A stretch of 63,984 bases of DNA, counting the filler, from Collodictyon triciliatum (Eukaryota), in NCBI GenBank assembly GCA_043381765.1. It is 6 parts of 6 records of this genome, joined end to end, with 100 filler letters (N's around TTAATTAATTAA, not from the genome) between each part and the next. Parts side by side here need not be neighbours in the genome. Positions count along the whole stretch, not along the records: positions 16,075 to 29,785 come from JBHJMP010001937.1; positions 29,886 to 43,588 come from JBHJMP010001938.1; 4 more parts are not named here. One strand, 5' to 3'. The position numbers were made by a program, and so were the translations under genes. Of this stretch, positions 24,801-36,650 are shown piece after piece (within the stretch, counting starts at the first letter, position 1; every line of letters starts with the position of its first letter). The notes below the pieces were generated by a model. That model ran no database searches and was not told the origin of the DNA. It was given only the letters and a program-made list of their open reading frames with translations.

Positions 24801-25169
24801 AACTTGGAGCCTGTGAGTTAGAGTCATTGAAATTAAATTATTGTCACACGATTTTCCCACCCCGATTGATAATATTTATTCTCCTATCTCTTGTCTCTCT
24901 TGTTTCCCATGTTTCAGAAAATTATCATCACATTTACATATGTCTAGCATGAAATAACACTGTTGTTTTTCTTAACCTCGCTACACTTTGAATCGAATAA
25001 AGGAAAAAAAAACATTGTTGTTTTTCTTTTTCTGTTTTGATACGTCCATCGCCTTAGTTTAGTAAAGAATCTTACATCTTTCCCCCCTTTTCAATAGGAA
25101 GTTGAGGTCCACATAGAAACCATCAAAAAAATCCTTGCGGCATCTTTGAAGACTGAATCCAGACAGTAG
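21820..25169 (+). CDS. Divergent importin-alpha-like armadillo repeat protein (multi-exon, spans N gap 24074-24629)
   Basis: YEILWVFSNITVGDS, VVEQTIWVISNICGDSKTPRN, NIAWLMSNIFR.RPFP, EFLWSLSHITD, IQTPAIRTIGNLVSGEDFHTQQVLNAGVL; after the gap LVILLEHGE.. and a last exon ending in TAG at 25167-25169. Confidence 0.8.
24956..25028 (+). mobile_element. Micro-retroposon insertion, family B (37 nt) with 18-bp TSD (1 mismatch)
   Basis: AACACTGTTGTTTTTCTT and AACATTGTTGTTTTTCTT flank aacctcgctacactttgaatcgaataaaggaaaaaaa. Confidence 0.8.
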
Positions 25170-25334
25170 CCGAGAATATCTTGCTTCTTTTCACCTCTCG
25201 ATTTATCTGCATCTATTCTAGAAATTTCTTTATCCCAGAATACAGTAGTTGTGTGTGTGTGTGTTTTTTTTAAAATAAATAAATGAATGAATAAACAACC
25301 CCTATAATCATTTAATAAAAAACAATACCGAAAT

Positions 25335-25393
25335 ACATTCTGTGATTTCATTTGAATCGAATAAAGGAAAAAAAAAACATTCTGTGATTTCAT
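25335..25393 (+). mobile_element. Micro-retroposon insertion, family B (25 nt) with perfect 17-bp TSD
   Basis: ACATTCTGTGATTTCAT at 25335-25351 and 25377-25393 flanks ttgaatcgaataaaggaaaaaaaaa. Confidence 0.85.
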
Positions 25394-25501
25394 CGCTTCT
25401 CTCTTATTTCTGTGGCACTTGTTATTTTTCTTTTATTCCTCCTGCTGAAGTTCTAGGGCCAATTATCCCCTTCCCCGCAACTATGAAGCTCACGTATCCA
25501 T

Positions 25502-26649
25502 TTATGCGTCTTCGTCGGGTATTTCGTCATTTTTTGTGCTTAGAATATCCGAATCAAAGTTTGAATAAAGGAGGTATTGGTAAACAAGATGCGGAATAGA
25601 AGGCTTAAAGACAGCAGGCGTTGCGTCAAGGAGTTCTTTCATCATTTCTGCATTCTCGGCCACGGTGGACAAAACGACTTTCCCATTTTCTAGAAGCAAA
25701 GCACAACTCATTCATTAGACACACGTGATGATGGCGACAATACAAAGTCAGCTTATTATTTAAAATCAAATATAAACATATGTACTGAAATCAGCCCATC
25801 GCCAAACCTGTCAACAACACCTTTGCAGCCTTTATAGTTACGCACGTGGATATATTTCGACAAACACAATTAATATTTTGATATGATAATTATAGGTATC
25901 AATAAATCGATGCATAATATGTAATCAAAATTTTTTTGAATAGTTCATGCAAAACATAAATAAAATAGAAGCCGTAGAACAACAAAACTCATTTAAAACC
26001 TGTGTATACAGTTCCCATACATCCCGCGTGATAAAGGGCGGGTCAATCACAACCATATCGAACTGGTGATGAAGCTCCACAGGGATGTCCTCTGGCTTCT
26101 TGTAGTCGTAGTAAACATATGATGCGTGTTTGTTCCATTGCCTGTCAAACTGAAAAAATCTTATTGGGCGGCAAATCATTTATCATGTCCCTTTATTTTA
26201 TCCAGTTCGTATTCATCAAGTCACGGCTCACATCAAACACTCGGCTCGCCTGCTTCAAGGACTCATCCTTTAGTGAAAAGAATATACTCGGCGTGGAGAG
26301 AAATGCAGCCTTCTTTGCATTCTTTTCAACTACTTCGACCTATATTACACGAATGTTTTATTATATTAATACAATTTTTCATTTAGAAACCGTGGCTTCT
26401 TGGAGCATCTCAGCGAACGAAAAAGCTGTTCTGTCGCTGAAAGAACCGAAGCAATCGAAGGGAGAAAAAAAACGAGGGAGAGATCATAGGATGCTATATT
26501 AATCAAAGTGGTTTTTCTTTATCTTTTCATAGCAGAATTCAAAATGCAACCAAAGCAGCGATCGTCTTTGCGCTGTACCAATACTGATTAAAGTCTGCGT
26601 TCTCCCGAGTCCGGAGAAGAAACGAGTTGCGGGGGGCTGCAGAAGACAT
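25502..26649 (-). CDS. EEF1AKMT1: EEF1A lysine methyltransferase 1 (N6AMT2/Efm5 family); 5 exons
   Basis: Exons 26649-26551, 26339-26232, 26149-26000, 25829-25808 and 25689-25502 splice in frame: ENADFNQYWYSAKTI.., AAFLSTPSIF, FDRQW..YVYYDYKKP, FDMVVIDPPFIT, FKPSIPHLVYQYLLYSNF. Confidence 0.88.
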
Positions 26650-26819
26650 CGAGCAGACGAGTTGGGGGTCAGGTAGGCTGCTTCGAGGAGAACTTAGCAC
26701 GCAATCACAGCCCCACACAAAGGAGAATCACACTATCCAACACACTCGCCTTCCTCTTCCTCTCTCTCCTTCCTATCTGACAGACACACGCATTCGTTTC
26801 TCCCTTTATTAAATAAAAT

Positions 26820-26960
26820 GTCTTTATATCATTCTGAATTCGCTTTACCAGCAAACTAGAAGGGGTTTACCAAACGAAAGATTGGTAAACCTGGTGCGCT
26901 AGTATCCAAGGTCTCACCACTTTGTTCACAAAGATCGTGTAGTGGTGAAGGCTGCCAGGA
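26820..26960 (-). ncRNA. Putative Fanzor omegaRNA scaffold / element right end
   Basis: Overlaps and follows the Fanzor 3' end. Perfect 10-bp stem GGTTTACCAA/TTGGTAAACC (26864-26891, 8-nt loop) and 8-bp stem TCACCACT/AGTGGTGA (26914-26948). The position matches known omegaRNA placement; expression is not shown. Confidence 0.5.
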
Positions 26961-27012
26961 AATCCCCAACAGCCTGTCTTTTAGAAGATGTAGGCATATT
27001 TTGAAGGATGAA

Positions 27013-27068
27013 AAGAACTTTGTTGAGTATTTTTTTTCCTTTATTCGATTAAGAACTTTGTTGAGTAT
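27013..27068 (-). mobile_element. Micro-retroposon insertion, family B (20 nt) inside the Fanzor, perfect 18-bp TSD
   Basis: AAGAACTTTGTTGAGTAT at 27013-27030 and 27051-27068 flanks the reverse complement of aatcgaataaaggaaaaaaa. Confidence 0.85.
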
Positions 27069-27264
27069 ATCATTAGCGCTGATAAAGTCCCCTGTCAAGA
27101 ATACAGTTTGTTTGCTTTCTGAGCGATTGCATTCTTTACATACGAGACATATGCACAAATTTTTTGAATTTCCTTTCGGTTTCAGATATTCCAGTTCTTA
27201 TTCGCAGCTACAACACATCTTGGAGGTTCTAAATTCATCTACACCAACTGCTTCAAAGCGTTTG

Positions 27265-27345
27265 GATAGTATTTTTCGTTTAAAAGACGAGACAATCCTG
27301 CACTTTGAATCGAATTAAGGAAAAAAGAAAGATAGTATTTTTCGT
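27265..27345 (+). mobile_element. Micro-retroposon insertion, family B (51 nt) inside the Fanzor, perfect 15-bp TSD
   Basis: GATAGTATTTTTCGT at 27265-27279 and 27331-27345 flanks ttaaaagacgagacaatcctgcactttgaatcgaattaaggaaaaaagaaa; removing it restores GLRKILSKRFEAVGVDEF. Confidence 0.85.
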
Positions 27346-30011
27346 AATCCCCTTCCGATTGTTGCCATAAAATGTTTCATCTGAGAATTTCTGCTCCAGT
27401 CTCCATAGACCAGTACAACATCCTTGCCAAATGTCTTTTCGATTCGGTCCATAAACAATTCTTCACTTCTTTTTTGTATTTACATACTGTCTCCATCTCA
27501 TCTTTCGAAAAGTTACTTGTTCATAAAATCTGGAAAACTCTATCTAGAATCTTGATTTCATAGATACATATTTTCGAATTTTTTCATAATCGACAGTGCA
27601 TGAAATATGTCTACTCAGTTATGTCTCTAAATCGATTAAAGATGCTCTTAATCTCTCAAACTGCTGATTCTCTTCAAAAGTCAGGGGAACAAAAGAAACA
27701 GCACCTTGTAAATCTGTTGCCATGTATATCCCTGAAGCGTTATACTTTTTCTTTCTCGCGCATGAGTAGTTTGTGATTTTTAAGAGATTCGCTATCATGT
27801 CTTCTTTGATGTGCCATGTAACGTAGTTTCTTACCTGTCTCATCCACCATCTAAACCAAATTAAACTTGCCTGCGTCCACTCCAAGTATTCTTTTTTGTC
27901 GCTAATAAAGATAACTGCTCTTCGGAAAGTTCATCTATATAAACATATTCTTGGACCTTTATTGATTAACTTGGATTTGAATTAGAAATACCTTTCTTTT
28001 CAAACAATAATGACACCAACAAGCCGTATGCTTGTATCGTGTATTTAAAATTGTAGTCTCTTTGACGAAAGACCCTCTTCTTAATTTCAAAGAACTTATC
28101 TCATATGGTCTCCTTGCATCCTGATATATATTCAGTAGTGATATTTTTCCAGATAATACTAATAGAACTATCAAACATGCAGTATCTAGAGTAATATGAC
28201 ATGGTATATTGTTAGTTCTTATAGAGATTGGTTGAAACAGTTTGGTTCCAATGACCCAAAAATGCGATACATGTAAATCAGACATGGAATGTACTTATTT
28301 GGATTGACTTTGACGATTTATTTGATACCATTTTACAATATCGTTGGGAATGATACGATGCAAATGCGTCGTAGTCCATTCTTTATATTGTTCCGGTATT
28401 TCGAGTTTCTTGAAGATATCTTTTTTTTAACTTTCGTAACTCTGCCTTTTTAACAGCTTCCGTAATATTCTCATCTTAAGGAGCTGTTTGATTTATAAAG
28501 TGCGCTAACATCTTTACAAAATTTTCCTTATTGTTACTATGATAAGCTGTTAACATTTGCTTCGCCAGGTACGGTAATACATGAGACAATCCGACCAACG
28601 GAAAGCGTTCTTCTCGGGTCAAAAGGAATCGAAAATCATTGAGATAAAAAAGTCATCATGTCCTTACTCAAATCTGGATGTTTTAATCTTGCGGGTTTAT
28701 CTTGTGAAACTATTCTGAGTGTCTGTAAAGCGTACAGAAAACATATTTCATCGATTGTTGGAAGTTGATGTGATTTCAATGTGTAACATCTTGCAAACAG
28801 ATAAGTGTCGGTAACCAAGTTGTGACACAATAAAGCCGTACCGTTGATTTTGTCATAGTCATCCACATTCTTTACAATCGACTTTAGAGATATTTTCACA
28901 TTTCGATAGTCTAGTTTTACAGACTTTAGATTCTCAAACTCAAGACGTTTTCTTTTCTTCATTTGAAAGTCTTTGTTTAACTTTTTCGATTAGAGAACTA
29001 CCGATTTTTCAATTTTAATAAAACTTTAGTCATTCAGTCAATAAAAAAAAAAAAAAAACTGCATAAAATCAATTTCTGTAAAATTAAGCATTTACCGAGA
29101 CTCTCAAAATGTGCACATTGCGGCAAACAAACACACAAAGTTTTTTATAAGTGATTTGAGACAAAACGCTGAGAGCCGATTCGGCGAGTTCGAAAGGACA
29201 ACCGTATAGCCATTGCGACTGGAAGTCAACATATCGGCCCCAAACATCATGATTACCGCCGCAAGTGTGGATAATATACTTTTTTGAGATGCATGTTTGG
29301 TGGCAGTTTATAGGGTGGGTTCTGTCTGGGCCAAGGCAAGGGCTTGTTTGTATTTTTTGAATTTTAATGATAATATTACATAAATGAAAAATAAAATATA
29401 CGTTGATTATGGGAATAGAATGAAACTATTAAGTATTATTTAACCTTACTACATATACTAATTATACCATTATATTATCCAGGTTGTTTCTTGGATTCAC
29501 CAAAGCTCTTACTTTCGTCAATCCAGATTTAATTTGATGGTTGTCGGTGCAATAAACTGCTATATATGGGTACACTTTCGCTGTATAAAAAGTACTGTGT
29601 CTTGAAAGGGATAAAGCCAAGTTCGTCACAACCTTTGTAATAAAGTTTATCCATTTACAGGCTGAATGAGACCGAAGGGAAAGGAATAAGAAAAAAGAAA
29701 AAAGAAAAAAGAAAAAAGAAAAAAGAAAAAAGAAAAAAGAAAAAAGAAAAAAGAAAAAAGAAAAAAGAAAAAAGAAAAAAGAAAANNNNNNNNNNNNNNN
29801 NNNNNNNNNNNNNNNNNNNNNNNNNNNNNTTAATTAATTAANNNNNNNNNNNNNNNNNNNNNNNNNNNNNNNNNNNNNNNNNNNNCCGAAATGCAGTTAA
29901 ACAGGTATTGCCACATTATAGTTCGATAAAAATTCAATCAAGGACAAGAAAATGTCTATTAAATATCAATAAAGGTAGATCTGTGTTGAATACCACGCAG
30001 ACGATTGACTG

Positions 30012-30090
<79 letters not shown>

Positions 30091-30817
30091 CTATATGATA
30101 GTATTCGATACCATTCTGCCACATATATTCAACCAGATTCTGTTGATTATTAGTTTGCTGAAATTAAAATTGGATTAGAAAATGTCTTTTTAGGTGCGCA
30201 TTCTTTATTCTGGGCATTGAATCTGCGGTAGTCTTCTAGACGGAGATGCACGATTGCGGCCACTGCCTGCTAAAAGGCGAAAGATGGAAGCACAGAGCTC
30301 CAGCCCACGAGCAGGAAATTTACAAATATGGAAAATATAATGTAAATAATTATAAACCACCAAAAAATTCTAATATATCACACAAAAGTAATACATGATA
30401 CATAAATAATAAAATTAAGATACTTAATATCAAAATGAGGAAATGTTCCAGGAACTGAACTGGACCTTCCCTGAATAAGCAAAAGGAATGTTTCCATAAG
30501 CAGAATAACCAAATACGACAAATCCTTAAAAAATCCATTAAAGGAAAACCGTACAAATAATTCCAAAATCGGTCAAAACAAGTCTGCTATATGACTAAAG
30601 CCAACAAACACATAAAGTTTGATCTCCAATCAGATCAACGCACAGTCATCATTACCGCGCAGGATAGACACAAAAGACACAAAAGACACAAAAGACACAA
30701 AAGACACAAAAGACACAAAAGACACAAAAGACACAAAAGACACAAAAGACACAAAAGACACAAAAAAATACGACTAGGACAGATCAGAACGCAAGCAACC
30801 ATCACAAGAACCGCACG

Positions 30818-31481
30818 ATGCAGAGAAGCGGCCAACCACAGGAAACACACAACCCAACACGCCCTCTACAGAGCAATCTCAGCCGCCGCCACTCCCTTCC
30901 ATCCACACTACCGTCCACACGTCCGTCTGTTGTACTGGTTTCACAGAACGGGATCGCCATCGACGGTTCAGGTGTTATTTTCTTCCTTTTTTTTTTTACA
31001 TCCAACATCCTTTTCTGTAAAACCTCTCGGCACTTTTTTTTTCACGATTATTTTAACTCCAATTTATTTTATTATATATATATATATATAAGTAAAAGTA
31101 CAGATCATTCACAAACCCTTGCCCTTCCCCTCTCCATTCGAGATAGTAAATGAAGCTGTGGATTATGTCCATATAGCCCTATCTGCACTATGCTGTTGCC
31201 AAACTTCATGTGCTCTATCTGAATCGCATCATCTTACATTTGTAGTTGTCTGCTTCGCTCGCTCCTCTGATGCCCTAAGCTATTTGGAAAAGGCGAAGAG
31301 TCTCTGTGACGTGATTGTGCTCGATACTGACCAGACCCACCGCGATTCCTTTCGCTTGCTCTCCTTTCTGAAGCGTGACCCTCTTTTCAAACGCATCCCG
31401 GTCATAGGTATATATGGAAACCATTTCATTCATCTACATATGGTCTATGTTTTTCTCATGACCACTTCCATCAAGCAAGGA

Positions 31482-31534
<53 letters not shown>

Positions 31535-34213
31535 TTATACCGTCATCTATTCTGACTCAGACATACTCCCTTATGTTTGATGCAACGTAGTGGCTTCTCA
31601 TGAATTTAACCCTGGAGATATTTTCAAGTACGTGCAAGAAGGAGCAGATGAGATTATCGACCTTTCGTGCAACCGCATCACAGAGTTGATCCTGTGGATG
31701 GTTGCATGGAGATGCAACTCGAGGCTACCAAAGTCTCGCCCAGGGCTCCTTCCTTACAGGGTAAGCATTTTACCCTGCTCCCAAGTGTAGTTTGATCTAA
31801 TGCACATCAACGAATCAATAAGCATACCATAATTGAATACCAACTAAAAACTGAATTTGAAATGATACTATCAAAGAGAAACAGCATCGCTGAAGTGTCA
31901 ACATACAACCCCAGAAAAAGGGTAAAATTTGGTTCACCAGACCGTTTCCCAGCTCTCCCTAATTACTTTCTTTTTATTATTATTTTATATAAATAATCTC
32001 GATAGATCGGGGGAATACAAGAAAGATAACATATTTTCTTTGACTTAGATTCTCGACTTTTATGACGAAGACCTTGATCTAATTGGGCGCAAGTTAAATC
32101 ATGTTTATAAGTCTGTCCAGTCAAAAATACAATCAAGTATGATTATATTACAGGAAGCTTATTAAAGTCGCTTTTCTTTTTCTTATGGTCCCTTGGATTT
32201 TATTATCTCATTCATTTTTTTTAAAAAAAAAAATCAAACAACTTGTTAACATTCAATAAAACGAATAAATTCTTATAACATACGACGTTTGTATTTCTCG
32301 TGATAGATTCTTCATCAACTCAGGAAATTCACACATTCAGACAACCAGAGACTGTATGAATTATGAAAATGATAATATTTATTTGGGATATTATATTGGA
32401 CATATCTTTCTTATCTCTCGGCAGGCAATTGATAACCCTTCGTTTAACTTACTTCGCCCAAAGAAGCGTAGCCACTTCACACTAAAAGAACCGGTTCTCC
32501 AAGAATCTGAGCCTGGTTTCGAAGCCATCGATCACCTGTCTTTTAATGCCTTTGAAGTTTGTCTCATTAAGTTAAACAGTTTTTTTAAAATAAATAATTG
32601 GAGCATTGTTTCCCTGAATCAACCATAATACATACTCCAGTACACGGAAATGGATTTAGAAAAAGTTGTTGAAAGAATGTTTGAAAGTGTCGGACTCATC
32701 CAAAGGTTTCAAATTCCTCGTCAAAAACTGCAACGCTTCATTAAAACAGCTAGGTCAGTCTAGAAATGGCTTGTTTCAAGCTCTCAAAGCCTCATATAAT
32801 TTCTCCTCTCTGGTCATCATCGCGCGAAAACGTAAAAAAGTGTGATTTTTGAATTATTTTACTTCAGAGGATATTATAAGGATAATTTCTACCACAACTT
32901 TCGCCACGCTGTTGACGTTACCCAGATGGTGTATTGGACTATGCAGCATGCCGACAAACTTGCTATACTAAATGACTACGATAAGTTGATGTAAGTCGCA
33001 ATGAATATATAATAAAATTCGATATCCTTTCGTCAACTTATATTTCAATAAAGAGCAAAACAATATCACAACCATATAATAATAGAATAAATAAGACATG
33101 TAAGAACAGGAATATTCATGAATTGAAGCTGTATATCACCAAGGATAGTCAGTTTTTTTTTTTAAAAAAAAAATCTAAACCCTTACAAACCGAATATCAG
33201 ATTGATGATATCTGCAATATGCCACGACCTACTGCATCCTGGATTCAACAATTCGTTCCTGATTAAGAGTAGAATATTGCCTATTTTTGTGCTAATATTA
33301 TTGCCCTTTCTTTCAAAAATAGCATATTCAGTCTAGCTAATGGTCACTTTATATTATTGTAGCACGACATGAACTTGCAGTTGAGTATGATAACATCTCT
33401 GTCTTGGAAAACTTGCACGCAAGCACATCCATAAAAATGCTTATCGAGGTTTTCTTTGATTAAAAGTAGTAGATAAATGAATACGACAGGTTTTCTCCCC
33501 TTACCAACACTCCCCCTTTTAATTACTAATTTTTTTATACACAAATACCAGGAATCAACAAATATTCTTTGCGGTTTGAACCAAATAGAGACTAGTGAAG
33601 TGACTCAAGGTAAGCACATAAACTAATTATTATTCTTTTTGCAGCAAGGATGCATAGTGCATCTAACTATCTCCTCTTTATACCTATTCACATCTTTCCA
33701 TTTTATCATTTTCATTCTTGCTTCTTGACTGAGGTACTTATTTACACAAATATTACTTACTCTTTAGGAATTGTTCAGTGTATTATGTGCACAGACATGG
33801 CTAATCACCAAACGCTACTGCAGTCATACCAAGAGACCATATCACCTCCCTTTACCATGAAAGATGAATATAGACACAAAATTCGCTCTATGGTGTTGAA
33901 ATTCTCGGATATTTCAAACCCCGCGTAAGCTTCCATGACATTATTCGTTTTCAGCGCATCAGGTACATATGGCCGTTCGAACAATTGCATGATTGAAGAA
34001 CGTCAAATCTTTTTAGGCGGAAGTTTGATGTAAGCAAGCTTTGGTCAGATGCGATTATGGATGAAAATTTCATTCAAGTAAGAACTACTGTACATTAACT
34101 TAACTTGTGAATAAAAAAACTCTGTAACCTATGTCTAACCGGGACAATTCTTGTCCTTTTTTTTTTTAAAAAAAAAACCACATTACCCGTTGTTTTCCAT
34201 TTTCGATACAAAA

Positions 34214-34266
<53 letters not shown>

Positions 34267-34605
34267 AGCACATTAATAATTGTGTAAATATTAGGGAGAT
34301 ATAGAAAAAAGTTTGGGATTTGAGATACCTTCCTTCATCGATCGCACTTGCAAGGACCAACCAAAGACTGTAAGCGTCTCACCATTCTTCCCCTTCTCTC
34401 GAGGCAAAGCAGATGAATGTTTCTTCACTGGCTGCCTGATGTTCAGGAATCTAATCCAATACCAAAACAATATCAGGCCATCGGATTCTCCCAGTATGTT
34501 GTGATGCCTCTCCTTCAAATACTCTGCATAGCATTCCCGGGCCTTTTCCCTGTCGCAGTTGAACTTGACCAAAACATCTCGCGCTGGAGAAGCATGGGTT
34601 CCTAA
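30818..34605 (+). CDS. Class I cyclic nucleotide phosphodiesterase with N-terminal receiver (REC)-like domain (RegA-like)
   Basis: REC-like: DALSYL..CDVIVLDTD..FRLLSFLKRDPLFKRIPVI|VVAS..VQEGADEII. PDE core: YHNFRHAVDVTQ, SAICHDLLHPGFNNSFL, YDNISVLENLH, IMCTDMANH, LKFSDISNP, IQ|GDIEK, IGFSQYVVMPL; stop at 34603-34605. Start codon tentative. Confidence 0.9.
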
Positions 34606-35269
34606 CCGAAAATACCCTTCTTATCATGCACTCTTCTTTTTCTTCTCTCTCGGCTCTTTTGTCAGTAAAGTATAAGGCCGTGTGATGAGTGGACCAATAT
34701 TTGTTTTGTTTTAATCACTTTCCCTTGAGAAGACTGAATATAAAATGATCGACACCAACCCCAAATGCAAGGGACAAATACATATATAATCTTGGTCACA
34801 CTGATGTACCTGTCGCCCATTCAAATACAAATCCAGTACATGAGAGCACATTCTAGCAGTAAATTTGTTCCACAAACCATTTCCCCTTCAATTTTGTTGA
34901 GCTCGTAAAGTCTGACACGAAAGCAACAAAGAAAAACAGGTCGAGTTTAAATTAGTGTTCGCCATAAGCTTGTCCAGGCCTAAACATGGCTATGACTGTG
35001 CATGGCAGGTAATATAGAAGAAAAAAGGAACCCCCGTTCATCCAGAGTCTGATATCCAATCCAAGCAAATGCAATGCAATGCAATGTAATAATATCACAT
35101 AATATGAAGTCAACAGATGATTTACTTGGGTATTAAAGGGAAGACGCGGAAGATGAAGCAGAACGCACAAAGAAAAAGTAACCACATACTATATATTTGT
35201 GTATTCAGATTTTGAACCGAACTAAAGAAAATATATAAACTCCGAGCAATCAGTACAAACCCATCCAGA

Positions 35270-36650
35270 TTGATGTGGATGCTTCCATCCTGCTCGGGGT
35301 TGAAAAGCTCTTGAATAGTGTGGTGTTCTGTATATCTCTTGGTCTGTTTCTATAGTACTTCAGGCTGCCACAAAATTGCCAAACTCCATAACTATCTAAA
35401 TTATTTATAAAATGTAAGTTTGGTATATTGCATTTTACAAAATAAAATCAAAAGGTGTTCGTCGCCATGTTGCATCTTAAGAGAGAACCACAATAATTTA
35501 TTTGGTTAAAATGATTAATTGAACGAAATTCCACGACAGGCAGATGCAAATCCTGTCTGATAGGCGATTGAAACTTTGATTTTTTTGAACGTAGAATAAT
35601 ATATGAATAATCTCGAATTCAACAAAATTGTAACAATAGTCAAAAAATTACTTGAAGGCCAGTGAACCGGCGTCTTAAAATAAAATTAAACCAATTCAAT
35701 GTTCAAATAGTCGAAATTGTAACTTATCTTCATTCTGGACATATTCCTACATAAAATGAAAACATCAGGGCCCTTTCCATCCGACCTTTCATTTTCACTT
35801 TCGCCTCGTCGTAGTCTCTTGGCACGAGCTGGGTTCATATAACCATCAGAAATCTACCGCTAACCAGATAATGTATTTTTGAATGTTGCCAATCAAGGGG
35901 TTACCATTAATATGCTGCATGTAGCTTTGACGATTTCCATATGACAAAACGAGGCAGTTCACCCAATTACTTTCATGAGGTCTGCATTAATGGCAAATAT
36001 TTCAAAGAATTATTTCTTGGGTATTTGAATCATATACATGTGATGCTTGCCTGATAGAAGGTCAAATATCTTTGGGATAAGTGCTTGCGGAGGAATCAAT
36101 AAGATGGCTGATTTCCATAAGGACAACAAAGGATTCTTGGTGGTGTTTACGCGCCATGAAACGATTTTGTACATGCCCTGTCCTGAGATGATTTAGTGTG
36201 AGGCTTTTTTTGCTCGATTCATGTGGAATATGATTATCAAGAAAGCTTGTATGAATGGGTGAATTTCGTTTCCTTCTATCTACCTTTTTGCAGAGCTTAG
36301 GACGATTCTGTTTATTAGAGAGTGAATACTAGTCTGCAAAATATCATACATCACATCATGGTGAGACATGAAAAAACGCGTGATTGGGAGTACTGCCTTA
36401 CCTGAACAGCTCCTCGACCTCACTGATGATGCTTCCCTCTGAAAGGTCGGGAAGTTGAGGCGAAGGTCAATAAATACATACAGGGTTTGAAAATAATTGC
36501 CTTGATAATAGATTGAGCACGATGTATCACCAACAAAGTTCATAACAGGACTATGGGCGGGAAAACAAATTCGACACAACAAGAATACAAACAAAAATTT
36601 GATGAGCGCAAGTATGGATATGATTGATGGAGATATGCTCATTTTTCTTA
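35270..36650 (-). CDS. Multi-exon hypothetical gene, unresolved
   Basis: Open exon-like blocks between AG and GT sites (e.g. REASSVRSRSCSGKAVLPITRFF.., GMYKIVSWRVNTTKNPLLSLWKSAILLIP..); phases not fully reconcilable. Confidence 0.35.

Larger units (their letters stand above)
26926..28962 (-). pseudogene. Fanzor1-type (eukaryotic TnpB-family, RuvC + Zn finger) RNA-guided endonuclease pseudogene
   Basis: Intronless; stitched across frameshifts and stops it reads VKISLKSIVKN..LCHNLVTDTYLFARCY, LPYLAKQMLTAY.SNNKENF, KLFQPISIRTNNIPCHITLDTACLI, YNFKYTIQAYGLLVSLLF, YVYIDELSEEQL, RILGVDAGKFNLV*MVDETGKKLRYMAHQRR (RuvC-I D at 27875-27877), TVDYEK, KTFGKDVVLVYGDWSRNSQMKHFMATIGRGLRKIL, GVDEFRTSKMCCSC (RuvC-II E at 27234-27236), LVCKEC..FLTGDFISANDIL (RuvC-III D at 27087-27089). 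Confidence 0.9.

Noticed and set aside
29100-29660. Open exon-like segments just upstream of the Fanzor as a possible partner transposase
   Set aside because: No DDE, HUH or serine/tyrosine recombinase motifs were recognisable; left unassigned
35905-35985. In-frame TGA in one candidate exon frame, suggesting selenocysteine or recoding
   Set aside because: An alternative open frame with canonical splice sites exists, the gene model is unresolved, no SECIS was identified, and TGA acts as a normal stop in DRAP1 and the SEL1 exon
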